A DNA stretch of 64,000 nt from Somniosus microcephalus (lineage: Eukaryota): contig CM126204.1 in assembly GCA_052327205.1 (NCBI GenBank), positions 302,498,001 to 302,562,000 on the forward strand, given 5' to 3'. The notes under the pieces are model-generated. The model did no database searches. It saw only the letters and a list, made by a program, of their open reading frames with translations, and was not told the DNA's origin. Below are positions 60,803 through 64,000 of this stretch, piece by piece. Position numbers and translations under genes: made by a program. Position 1 is the first letter of the stretch; the number at the start of each line of letters is the position of its first letter.

Positions 60803-61784
60803 ATGGCACATGGGGAACAATGATAGTATTCTGTGAGATTCCTGATGATTAGAACATTTTCTAATAAATAATATTACTTCCATTGATATTGCGCTTTTCA
60901 AGTCCAATGATCTCGAAAGCATTTCGCATAATGAATTACTTTCTTTTTAAAGTGCATTGAATGTTATAGATACAAACCTGGACAGGGGAGCTCCTGAAGC
61001 CCCACTGCACACACAATAATCTGGAAATAGTTTGGCAAGATATTTGAGATGATTCTGTGATGTTGTGCTTCTGACAGGGAAGCCATGCTTGTAGGGATCA
61101 GGAGTTGGAGATAGAGCTATATTACTGTAGCTCCAACTTAAGACATGACAGTGTAGCTTCCCTGCTGGAAGTGCATGATCGCGCAGCCATTCCCTAGTGT
61201 GTGAAGACAAATATCCTGACAATGTATGGCAGTGTGTTGGTGCTCTGACGCGGTGATCCTGATTTTATCTCACCTGCGGAAACCGCAAGAGTGCTCCTCC
61301 AGACCACACAATGAAACCTTGAGTCTCGCTTGCCCCTGCCAGAACACCCCCCACTTCACTTACTTGACTACTGGGGACCGTTCCCAGGGGTTCCCAGCTG
61401 CATCCTCCTGCTGCGCACACTGTTCCCATCCCCTCCCCCACCCCCATTAAAGTCAGGGCCTATATGTCATCTGGAGGTAGTAATCTGTATATTCTCTATG
61501 CAGAATGAAAATGACACAGAAGAGTATAAAAATATGAAAAATACAAAGGAAATGCCAAGTAAAAAATTTGTCAATTTAAACTGATCAGAAAAGAGCTTGG
61601 CTAGGAAAGTCTGAAGCAAGCAGAAATGAGAAATAAGGAGAACATAACAAGGGAGGTAACTAGAAGAATAACAGAACAGTGTCAGGATATGGGCTTACAC
61701 TTGCCACTGGCCTGTCCTCCCTATCTCAGTTGACCTATTGGAGATGCCAAGCAAAAAAGGGGAAAGCAAGCCAAAAACTGCCTC

Positions 61785-62230
61785 CGTGGCTCAGTAGATG
61801 AATGCACCATGTGGTCCTTAAAACCTACCTCTTTGACCAAGCTTTTGGCCATCTGCCCCTAATTTATCCTTATGTGGATCGGTGTCAAATTCTTTGTCTT
61901 AAAATACTCCTGTGCAACGTCTTGAGACGTTTTACTACGTTAAAGACGCTATATAAATACAAGTTGTTGTTGTGTAATATAGACCAGGACGTTCCCAGGT
62001 TTGATCCCTGATGCTGGCAATTCTCAGTGAGGAAGGGGGCATCAAGATTATTTTCAGCACTTTTGAAATTGGAGAGGAGAAATAAGCCAAAGCTCTCACT
62101 GCTGATCATTATCCAGTGACCTCTGCTGACATTGTAGACGCTGGGTGAGGAAAGTACTTTGCACAGCTGCAATGTTTCTCATGGTCAAGTACCCTGGCTG
62201 ACGTTCATTGGAAGGTAACTGAAGGTTGCA
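61785..62230 (+). mobile_element. Ancient tRNA-headed SINE interrupted by a LINE tail
   Basis: A box GTGGCTCAGTAG at about 61786; the B-box-like CCAGGTTTGATCCC lies at about 61995, after the insert. Confidence 0.55.
61812..61972 (+). mobile_element. L2-type LINE 3' tail
   Basis: CTTAAAACCTACCTCTTTGACCAAGCTTTT (LKTYLFDQAF), then GCTATATAAATACAAG(TTG)n. Confidence 0.75.
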
Positions 62231-63279
62231 AGTGCCCACGGAACTGTATCCCACTGTGAGTCAGCATCCCATTTTTGAAGCAGCAGTGACAGAGACCAAG
62301 AAAGAACGAAAGGCAGATTTTGGATTCTGCAATATGGACTCCCTTATTTGATTTATTATTGAAGCGGTTACTCTTATCGGGATTATAATAGTTCAGTGGA
62401 TTTACTTTCACAAACGAGGAAGCTGGGTCCTGCAGAGTCCTGAGGTTATTGGCTGCTGTTAACAATGGTAAGGTAGTTGAGAGGTTGGCGAGTTCTACTT
62501 GTTTGTGATTAAAGATGTTGCTGTGTTAGTTTGACTATATCCTGATGTCATGACCATTTGAACTCTACTACAAAACTTCAAAGGCAGGCTGCAGTTTGAT
62601 AGCTGTAGTAGGCTTAAGGTAACCTTTTAATTCTGTGCCGCATCTAGAATCAATTTTGTGAGGTCTCGCCAGCAGCACAGGGCGTTTCTGGCATCGGGCA
62701 CGGCGGGGGGGGGGGTGGTGGTTGGGGGGTAAAAGATTGCATGCTTGACATTTTGCAACGTGTGCATTTGGAGGCCAGAATGAGGCCAAGCTATGGACAT
62801 GGAGAGACCTCATTGAATTTGTATATTATTTAAATTGCTGAATTTCATGACTTTGAGTGGTCTCCACCCCCAGCATTCATCTTGTCCATATGAAATGAGT
62901 GCATGATTGCTAAACAACTCAGACCTGCTTTGGAATGCTACTTAACTGAGAAGTACTGATTTTCTTTCTGTTGCTGTACAGTGTACTCTATTGGCCGGGA
63001 GTATTTCTCTGCTTCTGCACGGAACTTGTTGCAAACTTCTATTTCCTTCCTGAATCTGTGCTTGTGCAAAAGTCTTCAGTTTGTAATGCCATACTTTCCT
63101 GAAGCCTTCCTAATTAAGGTTGCAGTACAAGTTGCACCTATTCAGGGAGGATAGGAATCTTTTTAGATGTTCTTATAGTGGTGCATGATTTGGATAGGGG
63201 AGACCAGTGCATCTGAAGACAACAGCCACAAAATTCCGTGGTGGTCTAGCCGGTCTCCCACTGTAACTCGGAGAGTAAA

Positions 63280-63890
63280 CTGGCGGAATTCATTGGTGAA
63301 CGGATTCTCCAACATGCCTTTTAAGGGGCAGAACCTTTGGCCATCTCTTACAAGGGTGGCAACTCCTACAAAGGAATTCCGGCTTTTCTGACTTAATCAA
63401 GACTCGGTTGCAGTGGAGGCTGTTACGCCAAGTGAGAAGAAGCTTACTAGCCTCTAGATGGACAGTAATGGGCTCCACCAGACCTGGCCCTCAAAGAATG
63501 CTCCAAATTTTAAAAAAGAATCAATATTGGTCCCCATACACATGGGGCTGATTGAAGTCTGCATGGAATATGGGGAGTGCGGGGGTAGGTGCTGGACCAC
63601 CACCCCCAAAGACAGTCAGATGCTGGATTTTTCTGGTCACATGCACCTACAGAGGCACTTGCTCCTATCTACCCTATGCACACACTGACTCTGCAAACTC
63701 TGGTACTGGAGGGCGATGGCTGGTGCAAGTCCAGCATAAGCAGCAGGATTGCATCTTACAGATTTTCAGGGTTCACATCTTCAGATCGAAAAACACCTCG
63801 AGCAGTATTATCGATGCTGAAGGACTCATGTTTGCAAACCGCACCACTCTTACCTGGGCACGATAGAGGAAAACTATTTTTACTGCCTGC
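63280..63890 (+). mobile_element. Possible decayed Tx1/L1-clade LINE C-terminal region
   Basis: Weak fragments (NLW...NQD, LVQVQHK, LKD...WAR*RKT) in the order expected for a Tx1 ORF2 end. Recognised by eye only. Confidence 0.25.
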
Positions 63891-64000
63891 ACTTCACTAT
63901 AGGTGCATTGCAAAGCTATGCCATTTGTTACAGCCTGTCTTGTGTAAAACCTCAAGGACTGGAAAAACTGTTTGGATAGCTGTCAAGGTCACCACAGCAT

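Overview
Vertebrate genomic DNA, most likely a shark or ray. This is inferred from the repeat families: HER1-like CR1 LINEs with (TTCTTATG)n/(TTCTATG)n tails, SacSINE1/DeuSINE-like tRNA SINEs, a Penelope-associated repeat and many PIF/Harbinger-type MITEs. The window reads as a large intron or intergenic region, and I could not confidently identify any host protein-coding exon. All long, recognisable ORFs are transposon-derived. Main contents: (1) a young 5'-truncated CR1 element at 14.3-18.2 kb with an SGNH-esterase ORF1 remnant, an ORF2 broken only by one missing G in a homopolymer, and a duplicated 3' tail that recurs in a second copy at 60.6 kb; (2) a Harbinger deletion derivative with a Myb/SANT remnant at 58.6-60.4 kb, plus about ten MITEs with related termini; (3) a Tigger/pogo-like MITE; (4) two minisatellites with 22-bp and 55-bp units; (5) several unique-sequence regulatory candidates, including a YY1-like motif cluster, CTCF-like sites and a CpG-rich hairpin island. 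I found no CRISPR array, rRNA, tRNA, or miRNA/snoRNA I can recognise, and no convincing new multi-gene system. Family names come from remembered consensus motifs, not database searches, and the boundaries of degraded repeats are approximate.
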